Shown: positions 19,165 to 28,443 of the stretch, piece after piece | How the letters are laid out: every line of letters starts with the position of its first letter | Numbering within the stretch: position 1 is the first letter of the stretch | Virus record (IMG/VR): IMGVR_UViG_3300033141_006329 | Coordinates: 159,371-223,370 of that record | DNA: 64,000 bases | Reading direction: 5' to 3' (one strand) | Made by a program: the position numbers and the translations under genes | Notes under the pieces: generated by a model | Database searches by the model: none | What the model was told of the DNA's origin: nothing | The model's input: the letters and a program-made list of their open reading frames with translations, nothing else

Positions 19165-20274
19165 TTATTCCATTAAAATCTTTTTAAATTCTTTATCATT
19201 TATATCTAAAATACTACCTTTTTTATTAACTTTAATTCTAATAAATCTACAACCCAACTCTTTAATTATTTCTTTCTGTCTTCTAACATCTTCAAGTTTG
19301 AGACACCCTCCCAGATAATGGTGAGACTCGTCTATTTCTATAGCAATATTTCTTTTCTTATCATACCCATCTAGAAAATACCCAATGACTCTATATTCAC
19401 CACCCCTCTCAGCATGCTGAAAATCAAATCCTTTATCATTTAGAATTTCTATTATATGGCAACCCTTAGAATTATAATAGGGAGTCACTTGACCATTACA
19501 ATTTTCAATTTTAGATAATGTCATTTCCCTTCTCTGTAGTCGAAATTCTTTTGTTTTTGAATAACTGTCTACACCATATTTTTTTAAACAAGTTTGTTTT
19601 CTATTAATTATTGCTTCGGGACTAAGTAATATTGCAGCCGCATCTCTATCTAAAGAAGCACAACTAATATTACAATAACTATCAACTGCAAAACCCTTAA
19701 TAAGACTAATAAATTTGGTAGCATTATTACAACTGTCTCTTTTACATTTTGAAGGTTTACCTCCTAAATATTTGATATGATATTCTTCCAGCTCTTTGTC
19801 ACCAAATCGATGTATACCATTATGAATAGAAAGATGTTTAGATAAATCATATTTATTTTCAAATCTTTTCTCAATACTATTCTCTAAACAAATCATACAA
19901 ACTTCTGGTAGTTCATAATATCCTTCCTCTATTTTCTTATGTTCTGCTTTATCCTTCCAGTTTTTAGATCTAATTTTCTTGGAGTCAGGGTTTAGATTTC
20001 TACAATGTTTACAATATTGATTACCGCTATTGCTTTTATTTGCCCGGTAACCATTATTTGTCTCATAAAAACTCATCTCCCCACCACAAACACAACAATA
20101 TTTTTCTTTCTTTAATTCATTAGGGTTATCTATAATATAAACATCAAAATATTTATTTTTTATATTTTTCAAACCCTGAATATTATGTGCATTTCTTAAA
20201 TGTTGTGCCAAACCATTTGCATTTGCAACCAGTTTTCCACATATTGCACATTTAGTTTTAAATTCTTCTCTCAT
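19165..20274 (-). CDS. Homing-endonuclease-like protein: C2H2 fingers + CLKKYG unit + PD-(D/E)XK nuclease
   Basis: CAIC..H..H and CMIC..H..H fingers; YFLDGYD..IAIEIDE core. Confidence 0.8.
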   Translation of the reverse strand: MREEFKTKCAICGKLVANANGLAQHLRNAHNIQGLKNIKNKYFDVYIIDNPNELKKEKYCCVCGGEMSFYETNNGYRANKSNSGNQYCKHCRNLNPDSKKIRSKNWKDKAEHKKIEEGYYELPEVCMICLENSIEKRFENKYDLSKHLSIHNGIHRFGDKELEEYHIKYLGGKPSKCKRDSCNNATKFISLIKGFAVDSYCNISCASLDRDAAAILLSPEAIINRKQTCLKKYGVDSYSKTKEFRLQRREMTLSKIENCNGQVTPYYNSKGCHIIEILNDKGFDFQHAERGGEYRVIGYFLDGYDKKRNIAIEIDESHHYLGGCLKLEDVRRQKEIIKELGCRFIRIKVNKKGSILDINDKEFKKILME

Positions 20275-21269
20275 ATACTACTTCCTTTAAACAACTCACT
20301 CTCAAAATCAAAACTAATAACAGGATTATCCTTAAGATAAGTCTTGAGTTTACATCTGCTCATACCTAAAATAAGAACCTTTAAAAAATCAAATAATTCA
20401 TATAAATTCACATCTTTGATGGTTGAATGTATATTTTCATCATTATCCTCAGGAGAATATAAAATTTCCCAATATAATTTCGACATAGGATAAATTGTCA
20501 ATATAGAATAAATCTCACCATAATATTCATGTGTTTCTTCCAACCACCATCTCTTCAAATTAGGTTGTGTGGCCCACACTACTCCATTTATAAATACATT
20601 ATCATAGTTTATACGGTTTAGCCCAGAAACATTATATAATTTTTTAACGATGTCATTTGAAATTCCACTGCCTTCATAATCAATATCCAATTCAGTCAGC
20701 TTTGGTAACTGTTCTAATATACTTAAATCTAAGGAAGAATTATTTGGAATACCTAAATAACTCAATTTATCTAAATTAGAAATAGGATATACATTTTTTA
20801 ATAATTCACAATATTGCAAATCCAATCTCCTCAATTTTAATAACCCACTGATTGGACATATATCAGTAATTGGATTATTGCTTAAATTCAATTCTTCTAA
20901 ATTTAATAGATTTTCAATCCCGCATATTGTGGGAATTTTATTATCAGCAATGTATAAGTATTTTAAATTATATAGACATACTAACGGGGATATGTCCATA
21001 ATTCTATTTGAAAATAAATCCAGTTTCTTCAGACTGATAAGATTTTTTAAAGGCTTTAAATCTGTTATTGTATTGTTAAACAAATCCAACTCTACCAAAT
21101 TAATAAAATATTCTAATCCACCTATCGATTCTAATTTCTTTTCAGATAAATCTAATTTTGTTATACTCTCTACTTCATCCTTATATACAGGATCATCAGA
21201 TCTTTTATTTAAAATTTCTTTTATAATATCTCTTAATTTTCCATATTCAAATTTCAATTCTTCTCTCAT
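20271..21269 (-). CDS. Internalin-like LRR protein with ~105-aa C-terminal domain
   Basis: N-cap FEYGKLRDIIK..ITKLDL; about 7 LRRs LxxLDLxxNxIxDIxPL. Confidence 0.9.
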   Translation of the reverse strand: MREELKFEYGKLRDIIKEILNKRSDDPVYKDEVESITKLDLSEKKLESIGGLEYFINLVELDLFNNTITDLKPLKNLISLKKLDLFSNRIMDISPLVCLYNLKYLYIADNKIPTICGIENLLNLEELNLSNNPITDICPISGLLKLRRLDLQYCELLKNVYPISNLDKLSYLGIPNNSSLDLSILEQLPKLTELDIDYEGSGISNDIVKKLYNVSGLNRINYDNVFINGVVWATQPNLKRWWLEETHEYYGEIYSILTIYPMSKLYWEILYSPEDNDENIHSTIKDVNLYELFDFLKVLILGMSRCKLKTYLKDNPVISFDFESELFKGSSI

Positions 21270-21307
21270 AACCCAACTTTATTCCTTCCTCTCTATTTAA
21301 CCTCTTG

Positions 21308-21325
21308 TTTTCTTTAGTATGTCCT
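21308..21325 (-). promoter_or_regulatory. Variant late motif upstream of the LRR gene
   Basis: AGGACATACTAAAGAAAA, identical 18-mer at 59648. Confidence 0.5.
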
Positions 21326-21379
21326 CTTCCTACTATGGTTTTCCATTCATTCTATCCTTTTTAATAGATTTTTTGGATA

Positions 21380-21766
21380 TCATGGGTGAATATCTACAAA
21401 TGTTAGGCTATCTCCCGGCCGACCATGATACCAAAACTGGTCACGTGTAGAATATTGATCTTTTTTGTATACAGCTTTGACGTGGTTGCGGAATTCCATA
21501 TAGGTTTCGGGTTTATCATCTTCCCATTTATATTTTATGTCATGTAAATCAGTAAAAAAGTATACTTTCCATGTTTTGTCAGTAACAACCTTACTTAGAA
21601 TTTGGGCCAAACAATGATGACAATCTAGTATAGATGGTGTAACATATATATTTTGAATTGTCCCACCAAATCTTGACCAAGTTATTCCTTCTACATATGC
21701 ACATTGCCCCAAACTACTATATAGTAATATAATTCCCAATAATATAATTATTATTTTTTCTTTCAT
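21380..21766 (-). CDS. Secreted or periplasmic hypothetical protein
   Basis: N-terminal signal-peptide-like MKEKIIIILLGIILLYSSLGQCA. Confidence 0.6.
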   Translation of the reverse strand: MKEKIIIILLGIILLYSSLGQCAYVEGITWSRFGGTIQNIYVTPSILDCHHCLAQILSKVVTDKTWKVYFFTDLHDIKYKWEDDKPETYMEFRNHVKAVYKKDQYSTRDQFWYHGRPGDSLTFVDIHP

Positions 21767-21866
21767 TTTAAATCTCCTATTATGTTATGATTTTTATTTG
21801 CAATTTTCTTTCTCATCCATTCTTATTTTTTAATACATTTCACCATTATTTTAAAGATCCAGCATC

Positions 21867-22226
21867 TTATCTTTTCCGACACTTCTCTTTAATTTTCATT
21901 CTTAACTCTGGAGATGGGAATGGGTTTTCTATACCATATTTTAGAGCTGTTGCTTTAATCTTCTCCTGAACCATATTCTTCTCCTTTTCAACCTTCAGTT
22001 CTTCCTGCTCCTTCTCATGTCCCCCACCAAACCAATATTCATGCAGTTCTGTTTTTGCCTTTTCTACTGCTTTATTATATTCCTTAAGTTTATATTTATA
22101 TATACTACTGCCCTTATCATCTCCAACAAATTTATGGGTTGAAAAATCATATTCTTTTCCATAATGCTCTGATATGTATTCTTTTATTTTCTTCTGTGTT
22201 TTTGATCCATAGTCGTCACCTAACAT
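21867..22226 (-). CDS. Chimeric or truncated protein ending in one LKYGIENP endonuclease-type repeat
   Basis: C-terminal KIKATALKYGIENPFPSPELR with no nuclease domain. Confidence 0.45.
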   Translation of the reverse strand: MLGDDYGSKTQKKIKEYISEHYGKEYDFSTHKFVGDDKGSSIYKYKLKEYNKAVEKAKTELHEYWFGGGHEKEQEELKVEKEKNMVQEKIKATALKYGIENPFPSPELRMKIKEKCRKR

Positions 22227-22240
22227 TTTAAATTCTCCTT

Positions 22241-23251
22241 TTATTGTTTATAATTTTCCATCAAAATATTTTTAAATTCTTCATCGTCTACATCCAAGAT
22301 ATTATTATCTTTATCAACCTTAACTCTCACAAATCTACACCCTAACTCCTCAGTTATCTCTTGTTGTCTTCTGATATCTTTCTTTTGACGATAATTATAA
22401 GAATGTTCGGGTTCATCTATCTCTATAGCTATATTCTTTTCCTCATCATAACCATCCAAAAAGTATCCTATAACTCTATACTCACCACCATTTTCAGCAT
22501 GTTGAAAATTAAAACCATTATCATTCAAATTTTCAATTATGTTGCAACCGCTTGGATTGTAGAGAGGTAAAATCTGACCATGACAATTTTTTATCCTTCT
22601 TAAATAACTATCACGGGCTCGTTGACGATTTTCTTTTGTTTTGGCGTAACAAACTTCACCATATTTTCTTAAACAAGTTTTTATAATTTTTTCTTTAATC
22701 ATTTCTGATTGTAGTGAACACCCCACACCATATTTTTTAAAACAAGTTTTTTTTACTTTCAATTTGAACCATATTGTCTGAGAGGGGTGTTCTACGTTAT
22801 ATTTTTTCAAACAAGTCTTTTTTATTTTATCCTGTATTTCATCATATTTTTCTAAACAAGTTTGTCTAAGTTTTTCTCTTACCTCTTCGATTTGTAACGG
22901 ACAACATACGCCATGGTTTTTAAAACAAGTCTTTTTCTTTTTTTCTTTTATTTCCTTAGACTGTGACGGATTTTCTACACCTCTATTTCTCATATTAGTT
23001 TGTTTCTTTTTTTCTTTTATTTCTTTAGACTGTGAGGGATGTTCTACATTATGATTTTCTAAACAAGTTTGTCTACGGTTTTCTCTTACCTCTTTTGTCC
23101 ATGCTCTTTGTTTTATTTTTTTTCTTGTTTCTGGACATTTACTTTGATTGGTTTCACAACACCACTTACCATTCTTAAACCTATGCTTCGCTTCCCTGCC
23201 ACATCCATACTCACACAACCTTACATTCTCTTTAACCTTAACTTCTTCCAT
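22241..23251 (-). CDS. Homing-endonuclease-like protein: TCLKKYGV repeats + PD-(D/E)XK nuclease
   Basis: About 7 KTC.KKYG/HNVE.P.Q repeats; nuclease domain closely similar to that of 19165..20274. Confidence 0.8.
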   Translation of the reverse strand: MEEVKVKENVRLCEYGCGREAKHRFKNGKWCCETNQSKCPETRKKIKQRAWTKEVRENRRQTCLENHNVEHPSQSKEIKEKKKQTNMRNRGVENPSQSKEIKEKKKKTCFKNHGVCCPLQIEEVREKLRQTCLEKYDEIQDKIKKTCLKKYNVEHPSQTIWFKLKVKKTCFKKYGVGCSLQSEMIKEKIIKTCLRKYGEVCYAKTKENRQRARDSYLRRIKNCHGQILPLYNPSGCNIIENLNDNGFNFQHAENGGEYRVIGYFLDGYDEEKNIAIEIDEPEHSYNYRQKKDIRRQQEITEELGCRFVRVKVDKDNNILDVDDEEFKNILMENYKQ

Positions 23252-23306
23252 AATTTATTCCTCTCTATTCTTCCTCTCGTATCCTTCCTACAAAATTAGA
23301 TTTTCC

Positions 23307-23711
23307 TTATATCTTCTCATATTTATTTTCAGCCACCTCTAATAATTCAGGAACTGTCCTTATCATCCTTAATAAAGTTACTCCGGCAGCTGGTATTAAA
23401 TCACCCTCCATCCACACTGTTAAAGTCCGTTGAGGTAAATCTAAAATTCTTTCCATAGTCGATAAGCTAACACCGGCCTCAACAAAATAATTTAATATAT
23501 TTATTACCGCTCTTTTTCTTTGTCTGATAATGACAACATTAATTTTTTCATCATTTTCACCGAAGAAATCGCCCTCTGTAAGACAAGTATTACATTTATA
23601 ATTAACAATAGTAATATATTCCTCATCAGAATAAGGTAATGAAATTAATTTTTTTTCTTCGGATTTTATAATATGCCCTGAACCACATGCTGGACAAATA
23701 TTGTTAGTCAT
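23307..23711 (-). CDS. MqsA-like antitoxin (Zn finger + HTH), no adjacent toxin
   Basis: CPACG..YKCNTC then MERILDLPQRTLTVW..AAGVTLLRMI..PELL. Confidence 0.7.
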   Translation of the reverse strand: MTNNICPACGSGHIIKSEEKKLISLPYSDEEYITIVNYKCNTCLTEGDFFGENDEKINVVIIRQRKRAVINILNYFVEAGVSLSTMERILDLPQRTLTVWMEGDLIPAAGVTLLRMIRTVPELLEVAENKYEKI

Positions 23712-23736
23712 TTTTTCTCCTCCAATCTTTTATTCA

Positions 23737-23916
23737 CTAATTCCCCATCCACCCATCTACTATAGATTTTGCTTTAGTATATTGTACCATTTTTTCTATT
23801 TCATCTCTAAAAGCATACTTAAGTGCTTCTAAGAATTTTTGGTCTAATTTTAGCTTAGCATATTCTTCTTCACTTATTGTTATTGTTTTTTTATTATCCA
23901 ATTTATTTCTTCCCAT
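23737..23916 (-). CDS. Small helical protein (59 aa, not in ORF track), paralog of 27285..27440
   Basis: TITISEEEYAKLKLDQKFLEALK. Confidence 0.55.
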   Translation of the reverse strand: MGRNKLDNKKTITISEEEYAKLKLDQKFLEALKYAFRDEIEKMVQYTKAKSIVDGWMGN

Positions 23917-23973
23917 TATCTGTTTAACTTATTTATATTTTTTAATTTGTTCAACCATCTCACTGGATTTCTC

Positions 23974-24273
23974 TCATTCATATTCTCCTCCTACCTCATA
24001 AAACGTTGTCAATAAATCCCCCACAATTATTTGACATCTATTAGTATATTCATTATTTTCATTTTGAAAGTCTCTAGGATTACATTTACTTAAATAATTA
24101 TGCACTATCATTTTTAATTCTGCTTCAAATCTTTCATTTGGTTCTTCAAATATACAATCCCAGCAACAATTGTCCCACTTACCAACTATCAGATACAAAA
24201 AACCAGATGCTTGCCCTCTGAAGGTACTCATAATACAGTTGTCAGTACAATCATTACACATCATATCCATCAT
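23974..24273 (-). CDS. Array family protein (pair with 24273)
   Basis: C-terminal GDLLTTFYEVGG. Confidence 0.7.
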   Translation of the reverse strand: MMDMMCNDCTDNCIMSTFRGQASGFLYLIVGKWDNCCWDCIFEEPNERFEAELKMIVHNYLSKCNPRDFQNENNEYTNRCQIIVGDLLTTFYEVGGEYE

Positions 24274-24563
24274 CAGTATTCCTCCCCCTCCTCCCAAAAT
24301 ATCCTAAATAAATTATCCTCAATATTTATAAATACGTCATCATTATATAAGTTGATCCGATATTTAAGTTCTTTACATGTATGATCCTTCAAATAATTAG
24401 AAACAATATTTCCCAACACATTTTTGAACTTTTCACTTCTCGTCTCAAAAGGATAAGAGGAATAAACCGAACCTCCACTATCCATCATTAAATACCAATA
24501 ATTACTGATTGGACCTCTGACAATAGATATGGTCCAACTATCTATATGAATTAATTTGTTCAT
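24273..24563 (-). CDS. Array family protein
   Basis: C-terminal EDNLFRIFWEEG. Confidence 0.7.
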   Translation of the reverse strand: MNKLIHIDSWTISIVRGPISNYWYLMMDSGGSVYSSYPFETRSEKFKNVLGNIVSNYLKDHTCKELKYRINLYNDDVFINIEDNLFRIFWEEGEEY

Positions 24564-24575
24564 TTTTCCTTTACC

Positions 24576-24872
24576 TCAATATAACCCCACACTTGTCTTT
24601 TTCCCTCTAAACTTTTTATTGTTGACTTTAGAAGGTTTAGTAATATATTTTCTAACTTCTGGTCTATTTTTAATAATGTCACAATAAGTTTTAGCCCAAT
24701 ATGAATTAGTTATTCTTCTCCACATTTCCTCTATATCATTTATATGTCTACAATATAAAAAAGCATCATTACTCTCGGTGATTAGTTTTCTTAGTTGTTC
24801 TGTCTCGACTCCTCTCAGACATTCGTTCACTGCCCAGTGACTCTTTTCATATTTGTTTGTTAATTTATTCAT
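24576..24872 (-). CDS. Short helical-repeat protein
   Basis: ITES..AFLYC and ITNS.WAKTYC repeats. Confidence 0.6.
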   Translation of the reverse strand: MNKLTNKYEKSHWAVNECLRGVETEQLRKLITESNDAFLYCRHINDIEEMWRRITNSYWAKTYCDIIKNRPEVRKYITKPSKVNNKKFRGKKTSVGLY

Positions 24873-24880
24873 AGTGCCCC

Positions 24881-25153
24881 CTAAAATGGATCCTTCCTCA
24901 CACTTATAAAATTTTCTGCATATCCTGAAAAATTCATTTCATAAACATCATCCACATCCGCCATCTCCTCTATAAAACCTTTCTCAATCATCCATGCAAT
25001 CAATGGTACACTGTAAGGATCTTTCCCAGTATCATCAGTATAATCAGTCTGGATAGAATTTTTATCTATTTCCTTTAGTGTCCTATATAATCCAAATATT
25101 ACAGAATCAGCACCCGCAGACGTTACAAATAATTTTCCTTTAGGTATTTTCAT
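24881..25153 (-). CDS. Hypothetical protein
   Basis: ATGA-coupled ORF. Confidence 0.6.
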   Translation of the reverse strand: MKIPKGKLFVTSAGADSVIFGLYRTLKEIDKNSIQTDYTDDTGKDPYSVPLIAWMIEKGFIEEMADVDDVYEMNFSGYAENFISVRKDPF

Positions 25154-25593
25154 TTTATTTCCCTTACCATATAACGTTTTTGCTCTACTAAATTTAGTTT
25201 CTTCCCTCTAATAACTGCTTCGGGGCGATCATCGATATAATCTCCTTCATCATCTTTTTCAAATTCCTGTAAAAACTTTAAAACTTTATCTTCATCATCA
25301 ACCCCAAATTCTTCAATCCTATAATAATTTTCATCGGGTCTATCTATACAACACGCCACATAAATCTTATCTGATTTTCTTGGCTTACTGTTTCCAAAAT
25401 CTAAAATATATTGATCTAACACCATAGGATTGGATTCTATTCCTCTAATCACACCGATAACATCTCCATCTTCATTGTCAATTTCATTTGCCCAATCCTC
25501 TGCTTTTTTTATTGTATCACACGATCCCGATTGTTGATAATGATGAGGATCTTGAAATATTACATATATTTTTTCACTATTTTCTTTTTTCAT
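25150..25593 (-). CDS. Internally duplicated hypothetical protein
   Basis: Two units, each KIYV.....VIRG. Confidence 0.6.
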   Translation of the reverse strand: MKKENSEKIYVIFQDPHHYQQSGSCDTIKKAEDWANEIDNEDGDVIGVIRGIESNPMVLDQYILDFGNSKPRKSDKIYVACCIDRPDENYYRIEEFGVDDEDKVLKFLQEFEKDDEGDYIDDRPEAVIRGKKLNLVEQKRYMVREIK

Positions 25594-26003
25594 TTTAATT
25601 CTCCTTCATAAAATATTCCTAATAAATTGTCTAAATCTATGTCTACTGGTTTCAATCCAACACGCCTAAAACTAACATTAGGCTCTCCACATCCCAATGT
25701 TGTAGATATTATTCTTGCTATGCTACCTTTTGATTTAAGATCCGTTTCACTAGATATCAATTCAGAAATTACCCTTGCCAAAACATAACCAAACTTAAAG
25801 TCATTGGTATCAAATCTTTGAGTATATAAACAACGACTACTAATATATTCAATGCACCATGCCTCTGGAAATCTTTGTAGAATAATACGAATATTATAGG
25901 ATACTTTTGGTGTAAAATAATCTACAACTAATCCTTTATGCTTCTCCCATATTATTCCTTCAAATTGTCTACATGTGGGTAATTCTTTTTCGAGGTTGCT
26001 CAT
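25590..26003 (-). CDS. Array family protein
   Basis: C-terminal LDNLLGIFYEG. Confidence 0.7.
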   Translation of the reverse strand: MSNLEKELPTCRQFEGIIWEKHKGLVVDYFTPKVSYNIRIILQRFPEAWCIEYISSRCLYTQRFDTNDFKFGYVLARVISELISSETDLKSKGSIARIISTTLGCGEPNVSFRRVGLKPVDIDLDNLLGIFYEGELK

Positions 26004-26305
26004 CTTAATTCTCCTCCACCATTAAATATTTCTCCCAACAAATTATTGGTAACATAATCATCAGTTCCGATATCTAATGCGCGATGAATCATGGGATCAA
26101 CATTAAAATAGCTATTGTAGTGAGATTTTACGTTTACATGCCAACCCTTATCATCCATAGATATACTATGAAATATCAAATACTCGAACTCATAGATTAG
26201 AGAATTTGCATTTGTACTATAACCAGTATATACATTTTCTTCCCCACAATTATGATCCAGCCAGAGTTCATTTTTTGTAAATCTTGCTTTTGCAAATTCT
26301 ATCAA
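26000..26305 (-). CDS. Array family protein, subfamily A
   Basis: SMDDKGW; RALDIGTDDYVTNNLLGEIFNGG. Confidence 0.75.
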   Translation of the reverse strand: MIEFAKARFTKNELWLDHNCGEENVYTGYSTNANSLIYEFEYLIFHSISMDDKGWHVNVKSHYNSYFNVDPMIHRALDIGTDDYVTNNLLGEIFNGGGELR

Positions 26306-26613
26306 TACGTTCCTCCCTCATAATAAACTCCCTCTATCAGTTTATCGATCCCTATATGTTTATCAACCGCAGTATCCAATGCTCGAAATAAAAATGCAGG
26401 AATAGTAGAATGTTCATAAGATGCTGACATTTGAGCCTGCCAACCTTTTTGAGTCATAAACAATCTATCAAAAATTAAATCCTTCTCGTAAAAATAATAA
26501 GTGAGAGGCTCTATGCGTTCCAAACGACCTCTACTTTGATGATAATTTTGATTTCCAAAATCATAATCCATGATAATCCCGGTTTCGTTGAAGTTCGCTT
26601 CTATAATATACAT
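26302..26613 (-). CDS. Array family protein, subfamily A
   Basis: LFMTQKGW; RALDTAVDKHIGIDKLIEGVYYEG. Confidence 0.75.
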   Translation of the reverse strand: MYIIEANFNETGIIMDYDFGNQNYHQSRGRLERIEPLTYYFYEKDLIFDRLFMTQKGWQAQMSASYEHSTIPAFLFRALDTAVDKHIGIDKLIEGVYYEGGTY

Positions 26614-26627
26614 CAATATTTTTCTCC

Positions 26628-26948
26628 CTATATCATCCATCTCACTACAGTTACCTTTAAATCATCTCCGGTCCCAGGATACATTATCTTAAAGAAGTTT
26701 AACATTTGTTCCCTGCCGGCAAAGCCATGATCAATACTGTCCCTTCTTTCTACTTCTCCTATAGTGATATGCTTAACAGAAATTATCCTTCTTATAACTG
26801 CCCAGCTGGGATCCTCATTTCCTATCAGGACAGTTCCTAGTTCATAATGACGATGACCTTTTCTTATAACCGTACTTTTCTTTTTATTTTGAACATCATC
26901 TCGCATATGATGTCCTCCTATTAATATTGCTTGTACTGGTGGTTTCAT
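26628..26948 (-). CDS. ASCH/PUA-like domain protein
   Basis: KKKSTVIRKG..DHGF..MYP..VTVVRW. Confidence 0.7.
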   Translation of the reverse strand: MKPPVQAILIGGHHMRDDVQNKKKSTVIRKGHRHYELGTVLIGNEDPSWAVIRRIISVKHITIGEVERRDSIDHGFAGREQMLNFFKIMYPGTGDDLKVTVVRWMI

Positions 26949-27283
26949 TTTTCTTCCTCCTTTCCTATCTCCATAAATTGTGTCAATAATTTATCTATAG
27001 TTATTTCATAATCTTCATCCTTTAAAATCTCATTCTTCAAAATTTGGATCCCACCCTTCTTCTTTGTAAGATCTGAAACAATTTGAAATAATATCTCACC
27101 AAAATTAAAATTACGAACGACAAAGAACAACCAACCTTGATTAACGAAACGAGTTGAAGAAAGATCGATAATATAGTTACCATCTATATTGGGAAATAAT
27201 TCAAACTTACACTTATTTTCATAATATAAAACCCAGCAATCATAATTACCATGTCTCTGATTCTTTATTTTATGCCATTTCAA
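26945..27283 (-). CDS. Array family protein (likely TTG start)
   Basis: LKW N-terminus after GGAGG; C-terminal IDKLLTQFMEIG. Confidence 0.65.
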   Translation of the reverse strand: MKWHKIKNQRHGNYDCWVLYYENKCKFELFPNIDGNYIIDLSSTRFVNQGWLFFVVRNFNFGEILFQIVSDLTKKKGGIQILKNEILKDEDYEITIDKLLTQFMEIGKEEEK

Positions 27284-27284
27284 A

Positions 27285-27440
27285 TTATTCTCCCTCCTTT
27301 TCCCATTCATCCAAAAGATTTGCTGCATCACTACATCCTTCCCAATTATCAAGTCCAGATTGTTCAAGTGCTTGTAACCATAGTCGATCCTTCAATAATT
27401 CATCATATTCTTTTTTGCTTATAGTTATTTGTTCTTCCAT
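27285..27440 (-). CDS. Small protein resembling phage gp5.9-type RecBCD-inhibitor annotations (51 aa, not in ORF track)
   Basis: MEEQITISKKEYDELLKDRLWLQALEQSGLDNWEGCSDA; GGAG RBS. Confidence 0.55.
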   Translation of the reverse strand: MEEQITISKKEYDELLKDRLWLQALEQSGLDNWEGCSDAANLLDEWEKEGE

Positions 27441-27452
27441 GATCTTCTCCTT

Positions 27453-27953
27453 CTAATATCTCAACTTATATAATCTGTTAAATTCATTACTCGGTTTAGC
27501 CCCTTCTATAATATCAATTAGTTCTTTCAATTGTTTAAGATATCTCATATTATAACCTTCCCATATATTTCGTTCCTTAAACTCACCATATCCCCTAACT
27601 ATACTAAAATCGATACCTAAACCAAAACGTATTTCAATGATAGCTGGTAGATTATACTTATTAGAGAAATAGTTTTTCCATCCCTCACAGGGTGTTCCAT
27701 AAAAATTATAATGATTGTTTTTTAATACATAATCAGATAGGTTGATATAAGTAAAACTATATTTATTTTCTGGATCTTTTCCTAATGGACCATATTTATA
27801 ACGTTTTGCCCAACTCTGTAATTTTTCTTCTGTTTTCTTTCTTTTTTCACAGTATAAAAAATGATATTCTGCATCATTGTTGTTTTCAAATGTATTTTTA
27901 CAAATGGGACATTCGTATTCAGTTAAGATAGTTTTTATCTGTTTGATTTTCAT
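27453..27953 (-). CDS. Zn-finger hypothetical protein
   Basis: YECPICKNTF..H..C. Confidence 0.6.
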   Translation of the reverse strand: MKIKQIKTILTEYECPICKNTFENNNDAEYHFLYCEKRKKTEEKLQSWAKRYKYGPLGKDPENKYSFTYINLSDYVLKNNHYNFYGTPCEGWKNYFSNKYNLPAIIEIRFGLGIDFSIVRGYGEFKERNIWEGYNMRYLKQLKELIDIIEGAKPSNEFNRLYKLRY

Positions 27954-27980
27954 TATTCTCCTTATTCAACTTAAAATTGT

Positions 27981-28205
27981 TCACCAAAACTTAAGGTCAT
28001 GTTTTGTTGCACTCACCATAAATAATGTAAATAATGTTATAGGTCCAAACAAACTCAGAAATAAAGATATTTTCATATTTGTCCAATAGTTTCGTTTTGC
28101 AAAGATGGGCCATTCTCCTTGGCACCAAGCAAAGTAAAAGCCGTGAGATAAAACACTACATATTAACCATCCTAAAATTATTACTATTATTATAATCTCT
28201 TTCAT
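27981..28205 (-). CDS. Small two-TM protein (paralog of next)
   Basis: Ends HDLKFW. Confidence 0.65.
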   Translation of the reverse strand: MKEIIIIVIILGWLICSVLSHGFYFAWCQGEWPIFAKRNYWTNMKISLFLSLFGPITLFTLFMVSATKHDLKFW

Positions 28206-28221
28206 AAGTCAACTCCTTTCT

Positions 28222-28443
28222 CTACCAAAATTTTAAACCATACTTAAGCCTGTGCATTAAAAAACTAATTACCAATCCTGGAAATCCAAAACCAAACCCT
28301 ATAATCATAGAACCAATCATATATCTATAATAATCTTTTTCAAAATATCCTGTAGGTTCTCTTATGAAATAGGCAAAGTTAATACCGTAAGAAATCACAC
28401 CACTCACAATCCATATAATAATAATTACCATATTCTCACTCAT
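28222..28443 (-). CDS. Small two-TM protein
   Basis: Ends YGLKFW. Confidence 0.65.
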   Translation of the reverse strand: MSENMVIIIIWIVSGVISYGINFAYFIREPTGYFEKDYYRYMIGSMIIGFGFGFPGLVISFLMHRLKYGLKFW

